DNA from: Candidatus Aminicenantes bacterium
GTDB lineage: Bacteria > Acidobacteriota > Aminicenantia > UBA2199
Assembly (NCBI GenBank): GCA_963759765.1
Contig: CAVXAL010000003.1
Location: forward strand, 871,804-935,803
Direction of reading: 5' to 3'
Length of the DNA stretch: 64,000 nucleotides
Shown: one piece after another, positions 13,191-23,277 of the stretch
Numbering within the stretch: the first letter of the stretch is position 1
How the letters are laid out: the number at the start of each line of letters is the position of its first letter
Position numbers and translations under genes: made by a program
The notes under the pieces: generated by a model
Told to the model about the DNA's origin: nothing
Databases searched by the model: none
The model's input: only the letters and a program-made list of their open reading frames with translations

Positions 13191-14554
13191 GCAGCAGCTC
13201 AGTTGAGGAACGGATCTTCAAGGTCTCGGAGACTGACCAGCCTGCTCAAGCTGACGCTGGAGAGCCAGTTCGCCTCCATCCAGGTGCTGGGCGAGGCTTC
13301 GGGGGTGGTGCTGGCCAGTTCCGGCCACCTCTATTTCACCCTCAAGGACAGCGCCGGGGCCATGAAGGTGGTCATGTTCCGCGGCAGCCTGCTGCGAAGC
13401 ACCCTGAACAAACTGGAAGAACGGCCAGCAGATCATCGTGCGCGGGACGGCTTTCGCGTTTACCCGCCGCGCGGCGAAATGCAGATCATCGCCAGCGACA
13501 TGCGCCTGCAGGGCATCGGCGATATTTTCGCCGCCCTGGAAAAACTGAAAAAAGCTTACCAGGAAAAAGGCTATTTCGATCCCGAACGGAAAAAGAAACT
13601 GCCGCTGCTGCCCGGCCGCATCGGCGTGGTCACGTCGCCGACCGGGGCGGCCGTGCGCGACATCGTGCGCATCCTGCGCCGCCGCTTTCCCGGGCATCGA
13701 GATCGTCATCTACCCGGCCAAGGTCCAGGGCGAAGGCGCCGCCGCCGAGATCGCCGCGCGGCATCGACTATTTCAACGACGCCGGCCGGCAGAAACGGTG
13801 GACGTCCTGATCGTCGGCCGGGGCGGCGGGCAGCTACGAGGACCTGTGGGCCTTCAACGAGGCGCCGGTGATCGAGGCCATTTACCGCAGCCGCATCCCG
13901 GTGATCTCGGCGGTCGGCCATGAGACCGATTTCACCATCGCCGATTTCGTCGCCGACCTGCGCGCCGCCACCCCCTCGGCCGCCGCCGAGCTGGTGGTCG
14001 GCAAAAAGGAGGAGTTCCTGCAACCGCATCGATTTTTTCAGCCGTCTGGGCCGTTGATGACGCCATATGGAAAAGCGGCTGCACGAAAAAAATCCGCCTG
14101 GAGGGCTGCGCAGCGATTCGGCCCTGGCCGATTTCCCCGGCGGCCTGCAGGAGCTGGCCCAGCGGCTGGACAGCGGCGAATTCGCCCTGAGCGCGCCTGT
14201 TCCAGCAGTCCCTGAACCGCAAGCTGGGGCGCTGGAACCGGGCGGCGCAGCGTTTCGCCGCCTTCGATATGGGCGCCTGCTGAAGAACAGCGGACTGCAG
14301 GTCCAGAACCTGGCGCGTGCAGCCGGCAGACCGGATTCGGCGAACGGCGTGCAGCAGCAGCGGCGAAACGAGCGGGGTGCTGGCAGGCCAAGCTGGCCGG
14401 CATGAACCCGGAGAACATCCTGGCCAAGGGCTATTCCATCACCACCGGGCACGGCCAGCGAGTGGTCAAGGACGCGGCCGTCCTGGCCGCCGATGAGCGG
14501 ATCCGTATCCGTTTTGCCCGCGGCCAGGTGGCCGCCGAGGTGATCAAGGAGTGA
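13187..14554 (+). CDS. xseA: exodeoxyribonuclease VII large subunit (multiple frame breaks)
   Basis: The OB-fold N-terminus is ...[40 protein letters not shown]. Further motifs are [31 protein letters not shown] and [33 protein letters not shown]. The C-terminus is [17 protein letters not shown]...EVIKE with a stop at 14552-14554. Confidence 0.85.
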
Positions 14555-14558
14555 ACGC

Positions 14559-14792
14559 ATGAAAAAAGAGACGACTGGATTTCGAAGCGGCACTGAAAAA
14601 GCTGGAAGAGATCGTGCAGAAACTGGAGGATCCCGACGTGCCCCTGCAGGAGGGTTTCGCCCTCTATGAGGAGGGGATGAAGCTGACCGCCCAGATGAAA
14701 AAGGAACTGAACGAAATCGAGAAAAAGGTGAAGATCCTGCAAAAGAGACGCCAAGGGGGAGATGCACGAGGCCGATTTTGAAGACGCGGAAA

Positions 14793-14800
<8 letters not shown>
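14559..14800 (+). CDS. xseB: exodeoxyribonuclease VII small subunit (frame breaks near ~14575 and ~14745)
   Basis: The fragments are too short for the ORF track. My translation gives [57 protein letters not shown] and an acidic tail [13 protein letters not shown]. It sits in the xseA-xseB-ispA-dxs order. Confidence 0.7.
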
Positions 14801-15662
<862 letters not shown>

Positions 15663-15663
<1 letters not shown>

Positions 15664-17553
15664 TGGCGCTTGCTCGAAACGCATCGACTTTCCCTCGGAC
15701 CTGTCAAGAAACTGAGCCTGGAGGAATTGTGCCGAGCTCTCGGAGGAGATCCGCGAATTGCTCATCCAGGTGGTGGCGCGCAACGGCGGGCACCTGTCGT
15801 CCAACCTGGGCGTGGTCGACCTGACCCTGGCCCTGCACCGGGTCTTCGACGCTCCGCGCGACAAGATCATCTGGGATATCGGCCACCAGTGCTACACCCA
15901 CAAGATCATCACCGGCCGCCGGGGGCGGATCTTCTCCATCCGCAAAAAGCGACGGCCTGCTGGGATATCCCGGACCGCGAGGAAAGCGAGTACGACGTGC
16001 TCAACACCGGCCACGCCTCGACCTCGCTGGGGTTCGCCTCGGGCCTGGCCATTGCCCGTGACCGCCAGCGGCGAAAAATTTCATATCGTGGCCGTCATCG
16101 GCGACGGCGCGCTGACCGGCGGCGTGGCCCTGGAGGCGCTGAACCATATCGGCCAGGTCAAGCAGCGGCTGATCATCATCCTCAACGACAACAAGATGTC
16201 GATATCGCCCAATGTCGGCGGCATTTCCCGCCATCTGAACTACCTGGTCTCGGGCCGGCCCTACATCCGCATGAAGGAAGTGATCCAGAACATCCTCAAG
16301 TCGATCCCCGCGGTCGGCAAGTCGCTGTACGAATTGGCCAAAAAAATCGAAGTGCTGATGCGCACCATGATGGTGCCCGGGTCGCTTTTCGATGAGCTGG
16401 GCATCAAGTACATCGGCCCGGTCAACGGCCACGACTTCGCCGAGATGCTCAAGGAATTCGAAGACGGCCAAGAAATACGATTTCCCGGTGCTGCTGCACG
16501 TGGTGACTCGCAAGGGCCAGGGCTACGAGCCGGCGGTCGACGATCCCAGCTTCCTATCATTCGTCGTCGCCCTTCAACATCGAGAACGGCAAGTTCATCG
16601 ACAAGGACGAGCCGGTCTCCTACTCGCAGGTGTTCGGCCGCACGCGTGCTGCGGCTGGTCGAGAACGACCGCGCGCTCGTGGCTTTGACCGCGGCCATGC
16701 CCGAGGGCACGGGCCTGGACCCGGTGCAAAAGGAATTCCCGGAGAATTTTTTCGACGTGGGCATCGCCGAACAGTACATGTTCGATTTTGCCGGCGGCCT
16801 GGCCCTGGGCGGGCTGAAGCCCGTGCATGGGCGTCTATTCCACCTTCATGCAGCGGGCCGTGGACCAGATCATCCACGATATTTCACTGATGCGCATCCC
16901 GCTGGTGGTCGGCCTGGACAGGGCCGGTCTGGTCGGCGGCGACGGCCCGACGCACCAGGGGCTCTACGACATCGCCCTGCTGCATGCCGGTTCCCACATC
17001 GGTGCTGATGGCGCCAAAGGACGAAAACGAGCTGCAGCACATGGTTTACACCGGCCAGCCGACTGCGAAAGCCCGTGTTCATCCGCTATCCCAAGGAGCC
17101 GGGCCGGGGCGTGACATTGGACAAGGAGTTGCGATTCATCCCGGAAGGCAAAGCCGAGGTGCTGAGGCAGGGCCGTAACGGCGCGGTTCTGGCCGTGGGA
17201 ACGTTGGCCTATCCGGCGCTGTCCGTTGCCGAACGACTGCAGCGCCAGGAGGGCATCGATCTGACCGTGGTCAATATGCGCTACCTCAAACCGCTGGATA
17301 CGGAGTGCTGGACCAACTGCTGTCCCAGACCCAGAAGATCGTCACCATCGAGGATGGCGTCAAGCGGGGCGGTTTTGGCATGCTGATCCAGGATTACCTG
17401 ATGCAGCGAGACTGCCAGGACCATCGGCATCTGCTCCTGGGGATCCCGGAAGAGATCGTGCCCCTGGCCTCACGCCCGCAACTGCTCGCCAAATACCGTC
17501 TCGACGAAGAGGGTCTCTACACCGACATCCGCCGTTTCCTGCTCAATCGGTAA
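15663..17553 (+). CDS. dxs: 1-deoxy-D-xylulose-5-phosphate synthase (several frame breaks)
   Basis: Motifs include [91 protein letters not shown] and [12 protein letters not shown]. The C-terminus is [20 protein letters not shown]. Confidence 0.88.
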
Positions 17554-17568
17554 CCAACCGCCCGCGGC

Positions 17569-17597
17569 TTGACAGGTCCGATGATATCATTTATCAT
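17569..17597 (+). promoter_or_regulatory. promoter TTGACA-N17-TATCAT with the ATG 6 nt downstream (predicted leaderless transcript)
   Basis: TTGACA is at 17569-17574, followed by a 17-nt spacer and TATCAT at 17592-17597. ATG 17604 lies exactly where a TSS is expected, and there is no SD. Confidence 0.5.
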
Positions 17598-17603
17598 GGC
17601 CCC

Positions 17604-17936
17604 ATGATCGTGGGCTTCAACACCGACATCAAATACCGCAACGAAGTCTTCCACATTCAGACCGAGGACAAGGGCGATACCAACCCGATCATCGAGACCC
17701 TGGTCTACCTGCATGGGGAGATTTTGCTTTCCCGCAGGATCTCTTACGCCCATCTGGTCAACTACGAGGACCGGATGAAGAAGATCAAGGCCATGATGAA
17801 GTCCCAGCACGACCAGATGATATCTGAACTTAAAGGCGGCAATTTTTCCCATCTGCTCGCCATGGATACCCAGAACGTGGAAGATCTGACCCTCGACGAG
17901 TTGGTTTTGGAGTATCTGAAAAAAGAGCACGACTGA
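17604..17936 (+). CDS. hypothetical small protein (110 aa), first gene of a polA transcription unit
   Basis: The ORF is intact and reads MIVGFNTDIKYRNEVFHIQTEDKGDTNPIIETLVYLHGEILLSRR.... I recognise no family. Its stop is 3 nt before the polA ATG. Confidence 0.6.
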   Translation: MIVGFNTDIKYRNEVFHIQTEDKGDTNPIIETLVYLHGEILLSRRISYAHLVNYEDRMKKIKAMMKSQHDQMISELKGGNFSHLLAMDTQNVEDLTLDELVLEYLKKEHD

Positions 17937-17939
17937 TCG

Positions 17940-20613
17940 ATGGCCGACTCCCTGCTACTGATCGACGGTATGTTCCTGATTTTCAGCTCCTTTTATGCCA
18001 ACCGCGGCATGCGCACGCTCAAAGGGGAGCCCACCGGGGCCCTCTACGGCTTCGTCACCCGGGTCGAATATCTTCTCAAGGAGCTGAAACCCCACCGCAT
18101 CGCCGTGGCCTTCGACTCCAAGGAAAAAAATTTCCGCCAGCAGCGCTACCCGGAATACAAAGCCAAGCGGCTGCTGCCGCCGGAAGAATTGCTGCAGCAG
18201 ATTCCCTTTGTCAGGGATTACCTCGCCGCCCGCGACATCCCCCTGTTCGAGGTCCCCGGCTTTGAGGCCGACGATCTCATCGCCCAGCTGGCGAAAAAAT
18301 GCGCCGCGGCCGGCAAGCAGGTGTTCATTTTTTCCGCCGACAAGGATCTTTTCCAGCTGGTGCGGGAGAACGTCTCCATCTACCATCCCAAGCTGAAGCA
18401 GAAGCTCGACCGCCAGGAGTTGAAGGAGCTGTTCGGGGTCTACCCCGAGCAGGTGGTCGATTACCTGGCGCTGGTGGGCGACGTATCGGACAATATCCCC
18501 GGCATTCCCGGTGTGGGGGAGAAGACGGCGCTCAAGCTCATCGAGCGTTTCGGCAGCCTGGACAGCCTGCTGAAAAATCTGGCCGATGTGGATCCCAAGC
18601 TGCGCGAGAAAATAGAGAAGAATGCGGATCATTTGGAGCTGGCCCGTGAACTGCTCGACCTCAACCGGGTTCCGGACATCACCGCCGACCTAAAGATCGG
18701 CGAGTTCCGTGACCAAAGCGGCCAAGCGCTGATCGCTCTGTATCAGCGTTTTTCCTTCAACAGCCTGCTTAAGAAGATGGCGGCCGAGATCCCCGCCGCC
18801 CCCTCAACACTGGCCGTGACTTACCACCTGGTGACCGACCGCAAACAGCTGGGCGAGCTGAAGGCAAAGCTCCGCAAACAGCCGCTGGTTGCCCTGGATC
18901 TGGAGACAACGGAGATCGAATTTTTCAAATCCCGGCCGGTGGGCATCTCCTTCGCTTTTGACGACGAGGGTTACTATATCCCTTTCCTCTACCCGCCCGA
19001 ACCCGGCCGGAAGGTCGAGCTGACCCTTGAGGATGCGGTCGGCGCGCTGAAGGAAGTCTTGGAGACCCCACGCATCAGAAAAACCGGCCACAACCTCAAG
19101 TTTGACCTGCTGCATCTGCGCCAGCTGGGCATTGCCGTGGCGGGCATCGCCGACGATACCATGCTCATGTCCTATCTGCTCTTTCCCAACCGCCGTTCCC
19201 ACAGCCTCAAAGAGCTCAGCGCCGAATTCTTCAATTACCAGCAGACCGAGTACGCCGAGCTGACGGGAAAAGGCAAGGCGCAGCGGGCGCTGGCCGACAT
19301 CGAGCTGGAAAAAATCAGCCGCTACTGCATCGATGATTCCTACTTGCCGCTGAAGCTGGCCGAGAAGCTGCGGCCCAACCTGGAGGAGAAAAAGCTCCTC
19401 GCCCTGTACCGCGATGTGGAAATCCCGCTCGTCGGTGTGCTGGAGGCCATGGAGTTTGCCGGCATGAAGTTGGACCGGAATTTCTTAAAATCCGCCGCCC
19501 GCACGTTGAAAAAAAGGATTGCCGCGATCGAAGCCGAGATATACCGTCTGGCCGGTTGCGAGTTGAACTTGAATTCGTCCCAGCAACTGGGCGATCTGCT
19601 CTTCAACAAGCTGAACCTGCCGTTGAGCAAGAAAACCCAGAAGACCAAGGCCTTTTCGACCGACAGCGAAGTCCTCAACGAATTGAAGGGCTTCCCCGTG
19701 GTGGAGAAGATCATCGACTACCGCACCCTGAAGAAATTGCTTTCCACCTACGTGGAAGGACTGCTGGTCGCCATGGATGACAACGACCGCATCCACACCT
19801 CCTTCAACCAGACGGTCACCGCCACCGGGCGCCTCTCCTCATCCAACCCCAACCTGCAAAATATCCCCGTGGGCGAGGTGGGGGGAGTGAACATGCGTTG
19901 CGCCTTCATCGCCGAAAAGGGCCTGGCCCTGCTGGCTGCCGACTACTCCCAGATCGAACTGCGCGTGCTGGCCCATTTTTCCCAGGACGAGCGCCTGCTC
20001 GATGCATTCCGCCACGACCGCGACATCCACCAGCACACCGCCGAGCCTGGTCTTCGGCCCGGAAGCCGGCCGGCCGGAAATGCGGCGCCGCGCCAAGATC
20101 ATCAACTTCTCGATTATCTACGGCAGCGGTCCCTTTTCCCTTTCCAAAGAATTGGGCATCGGCTACGGCGAAGCAAAAACGTTCATCGACACCTACTTTG
20201 CCCAGTACAGCGGTGTGAAACGCTTCATTGACCGCGTCATCGGCGAGGCCGAACAAACAGCCGAGGTGCGCACCATTCTGGGCCGCATCCGGCAGATCCC
20301 GGAGATCCAGAGCTCCAACCGGGCGGTGAAGGAGAACGGCAACCGCATGGCCATCAACTCCATCATCCAGGGCAGCGCCGCCGATATCATCAAGCTGGCC
20401 ATGATCGGCATCCAGCGGCGGTTGGCGGGGCTGCGCAGCCGGCTCCTGATGCAGGTGCACGACGAGCTTGTATTCGAATATCCTCCCGCTGAGGAAAAGC
20501 GGCTGACAGAAATCGTCCGCCAGGAGATGGAACATGCCCTGAAGCTGGACGTGCCAATCAAGGTCAGCCTGCAGAGGGGGGGCAACTGGGGGGAATTGGA
20601 GGAGATGTTCTGA
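17940..20613 (+). CDS. polA: DNA polymerase I (one frame break near ~20040)
   Basis: The 5'-nuclease domain shows LLIDGMFLIFSSFYA and GDVSDNIPGIPGVGEKTALKLI. A 3'-5' exonuclease-like region shows LDLETT. The polymerase domain shows LLAADYSQIELRVLAHFS, RRRAKIINFSIIYG and QVHDELVFE. It spans ORFs 17940..20231 and 20002..20613. Confidence 0.92.
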
Positions 20614-20639
20614 AATGGAAAAGAGGATCAAGCTGGGTA

Positions 20640-21590
20640 TCAGTGCCTGCCTGCTGGGTCAGCCAAAGCGGATTCGTAGAGCCATTGATTGATTTTCTCT
20701 TTGTCTGGCTCGCGGCCGGGCAGAATTTCTTCCCAGGTCTCCTCGTCCTCCATGCACAAATACAGGGGCAGGTCACACGAAATCCGTTTCTCAATCAAGC
20801 GTTTGATGCGGCTGAACAGGTCCAGGCGCAGGGGCTTGAAGTAGCGGTATTTGCCGTCAAAACCGGGAACCAGTTCGCCCCAAAACAGCTGAGATTGCCG
20901 ACGTTTGAAAATGTGCTCCTTCAGTTCCGGCGGAAAGCGCAGCGCCCCCAGGCTCCACCAGGCGATGCGCCCCGGTTGCACGATTTTCCCGATTTCCGTA
21001 ATCAGCGCGGCATAGTGTGTGAGCCAGGCCGGAAAAAGAATCAGCGGGTCAAAATGGATGCCGATTTTGAAGCCTTTTTCCATGATTCGCCGCAGGGCGC
21101 TCAGCCGTTGTTTCAGGCTTGCTGTGCCCGCTTCCTCGCGGCGAATGAGCGCCGCGGGATTGAGCGACCAGGAGACGACGATATTCGGAAGCGGGCGGGG
21201 GTAGGCGAGCAGGTCGGCCACCCGGTCGGACTTGGTTTTGAATTCGAAAACAATCTGCGGATGGGTTGCGAAAAGCTCCAGTAATTTCCTGGCAGAAGGG
21301 GCTTGCCGCTCGCAGGCCAGTGAATCCGAGAGCTCGCCGTTGCCGATGCGCACGGCCCGGTGCCCGGGGGCCAACTGGCGAACCTCCTTTTCCACCGCAG
21401 CAAAGTCGCTAAAAAAACGGGGCCGCTTGCTCGGCAGGTAGCTCTGCAGGATGCAGTAGGAACAGGAAAAGGGGCAGCCGGTATGGAGGTTTAAATTGTA
21501 ATATCCGCAGGAGACGGCGCCCGGCGTGCAGGGGCAAGGCTTTATGAAGGCCCCTTTTTTACTTTTTGATTGAATCATTCTTTTAAACAA
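20640..21590 (-). CDS. spore-photoproduct-lyase-like radical SAM protein
   Basis: The ORF is 316 aa with a CX3CX2C cluster (GCPFSCSYCILQSY). The overall pattern resembles the SplB / DNA-repair photolyase family, recalled from memory. The annotated TTG start may really be ATG 21578. The first ~15 codons are AT-rich. Confidence 0.6.
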   Translation of the reverse strand: MFKRMIQSKSKKGAFIKPCPCTPGAVSCGYYNLNLHTGCPFSCSYCILQSYLPSKRPRFFSDFAAVEKEVRQLAPGHRAVRIGNGELSDSLACERQAPSARKLLELFATHPQIVFEFKTKSDRVADLLAYPRPLPNIVVSWSLNPAALIRREEAGTASLKQRLSALRRIMEKGFKIGIHFDPLILFPAWLTHYAALITEIGKIVQPGRIAWWSLGALRFPPELKEHIFKRRQSQLFWGELVPGFDGKYRYFKPLRLDLFSRIKRLIEKRISCDLPLYLCMEDEETWEEILPGREPDKEKINQWLYESALADPAGRH

Positions 21591-21644
21591 TGTTCATTAT
21601 AAAAAATTTTTTTGGAAAACTAAAAATTGTTAAATTTGACTTGG

Positions 21645-21683
21645 TTGTTTACTCAAATAAAAAATAGTATAATTTATTTGAGT
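21645..21683 (+). promoter_or_regulatory. promoter (TTGTTT-N17-TATAAT) embedded in a perfect 11-bp inverted repeat, a putative operator
   Basis: ACTCAAATAAA (21651-21661) and TTTATTTGAGT (21673-21683) are exact reverse complements separated by 11 nt. TATAAT is at 21668-21673. The methyltransferase ATG is at 21689. Confidence 0.5.
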
Positions 21684-21688
21684 TTGAT

Positions 21689-22549
21689 ATGAAAGATATA
21701 TCAATAAATTTGTTCCTCGGGGACTGTGGAGTTGAGCTAAAAAAAATCGAGGATAATTCTGTTGATCTAATCTTTACTTCACCACCATATGCCGACAGTA
21801 GAAAAAATACCTATGGCGGCATTCATCCCAACAAGTATGTGGATTGGTTTCTCCCGATTTCATATGAATTGTTAAGAGTTTTAAAGCCCACTGGAACATT
21901 TGTTTTGAATATAAAAGAAAAAGTTGTAAATAGTGAGCGCCATACGTACGTTATGGAATTGATTTTGGGGATGAAAAAACAAGGTTGGCTTTGGACGGAG
22001 GAATTCATTTGGCATAAAAAGAACTGCTATCCAGGAAAGTGGCCAAATAGGTTCAGGGACGCATGGGAGCGATTGCTCCAATTCAACAAAACAAAAAAAT
22101 TCAATATGTTCCAGGATCGGGTTATGGTAGCTGTCGGTGAATGGTCGAAAGACAGGTTGAGAAATTTGAGTGAAATTGACAGGATCAGAGATAATTCGAA
22201 GGTAGGAAGCGGTTTTGGAAAAAAAATTTCTAATTGGATTAATAGAACTTATGTGTATCCAACTAATGTATTGCATCTCGCGACCGAATGCAGTAATAAA
22301 AATCACAGTGCGGCATTTCCGGCATCACTTCCGGAGTGGTTTATAAAATTATTTACAAATGAATTTGATACCGTTTTGGATCCTTTTATGGGTTCCGGTA
22401 CAACCATATTAGTTGCTCGTAACTTGAATAGAAATGCCATCGGAATTGAAATAGTTCCTGAGTATTTTGAAATTATAAAAAATAAAATTAAAGAAGATCG
22501 TTCTCTTTTTAATCAAGGTTTATTTTATGAACAAGCTAAAAATTTCTGA
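21689..22549 (+). CDS. beta-class N4/N6 DNA methyltransferase (SPPY motif, probably N4-cytosine)
   Basis: The ORF is 286 aa. Motif IV (DLIFTSPPY) is near the N-terminus and motif I (DPFMGSGTT) near the C-terminus, which is the beta permutation. HSAAFPASLPEWFIKLFT is also typical of the PF01555-type family. Confidence 0.85.
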   Translation: MKDISINLFLGDCGVELKKIEDNSVDLIFTSPPYADSRKNTYGGIHPNKYVDWFLPISYELLRVLKPTGTFVLNIKEKVVNSERHTYVMELILGMKKQGWLWTEEFIWHKKNCYPGKWPNRFRDAWERLLQFNKTKKFNMFQDRVMVAVGEWSKDRLRNLSEIDRIRDNSKVGSGFGKKISNWINRTYVYPTNVLHLATECSNKNHSAAFPASLPEWFIKLFTNEFDTVLDPFMGSGTTILVARNLNRNAIGIEIVPEYFEIIKNKIKEDRSLFNQGLFYEQAKNF

Positions 22550-23255
22550 TGTAGTTAAATATGTTGAAGAAAACATCGGGACATTCCATGAGCGAAGACT
22601 TAGAAGTCTTAAAGAACTTGAATTAAAAAAAATTCTCAAGAGGAAAAATCCATATCTTTTCAGGGCCAAAGATATTTTGACTTCGCATGAACTTGTCAAG
22701 GTAATCTTAGATGCCCATCTTTCTTCCCAAGAAGAAACTATTTTCGGAGAGTTTTTGGAAGGGCTCGCAATTTTTATTTGCAGTAAAGTTCATAACGGAC
22801 AAAAATCCGCTGCTGAAGGAATTGATTTAGAATTTGTGAAAGATGGGATAAAGTATATCGTTACGATAAAATCAGTGCCGAATTGGGGGAACAATAGTCA
22901 AATCAAAAAAATGCTAGATAATTTTCGGAAAGCCAAGAAGGTGTTGGGCACTAGTGCTGCTAGAGTAAACATCGTCGCAGTAAATGGATGCTGTTACGGT
23001 AAGGACGATAATCCTGAAAAGGAAGAGTATCAAAAATTATGTGGACAACGTTTCTGGGCATTCATTTCTGGAAATGAAAATTTATTTACTGAGATTATAG
23101 AGCCATTAGGACATCAGGCAAGAAAACGGAACGATGAATTTATTGAAAAGTATGCCCAAATTATCAATAAATTTACTTATGCCTTTGGAAAAGAATTTAG
23201 TCGTAATGGAAGAATTAACTGGAAAAAGTTGGTTAAATTTAATTCTTCAAAATAA
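22527..23255 (+). CDS. putative type II restriction endonuclease (cognate of the upstream methyltransferase)
   Basis: The 242-aa ORF overlaps the methyltransferase stop by 23 nt. The segment RKNPYLFRAK...GIDLEFVKDGIKYIVTIKSVPNWGN looks like a PD-(D/E)xK-type core. From memory it resembles TdeIII/Eco47II-like REase families, which I could not verify. Confidence 0.55.
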   Translation: MNKLKISDVVKYVEENIGTFHERRLRSLKELELKKILKRKNPYLFRAKDILTSHELVKVILDAHLSSQEETIFGEFLEGLAIFICSKVHNGQKSAAEGIDLEFVKDGIKYIVTIKSVPNWGNNSQIKKMLDNFRKAKKVLGTSAARVNIVAVNGCCYGKDDNPEKEEYQKLCGQRFWAFISGNENLFTEIIEPLGHQARKRNDEFIEKYAQIINKFTYAFGKEFSRNGRINWKKLVKFNSSK

Positions 23256-23277
23256 AAAAGTAGTTTTCTGTTGTTAA

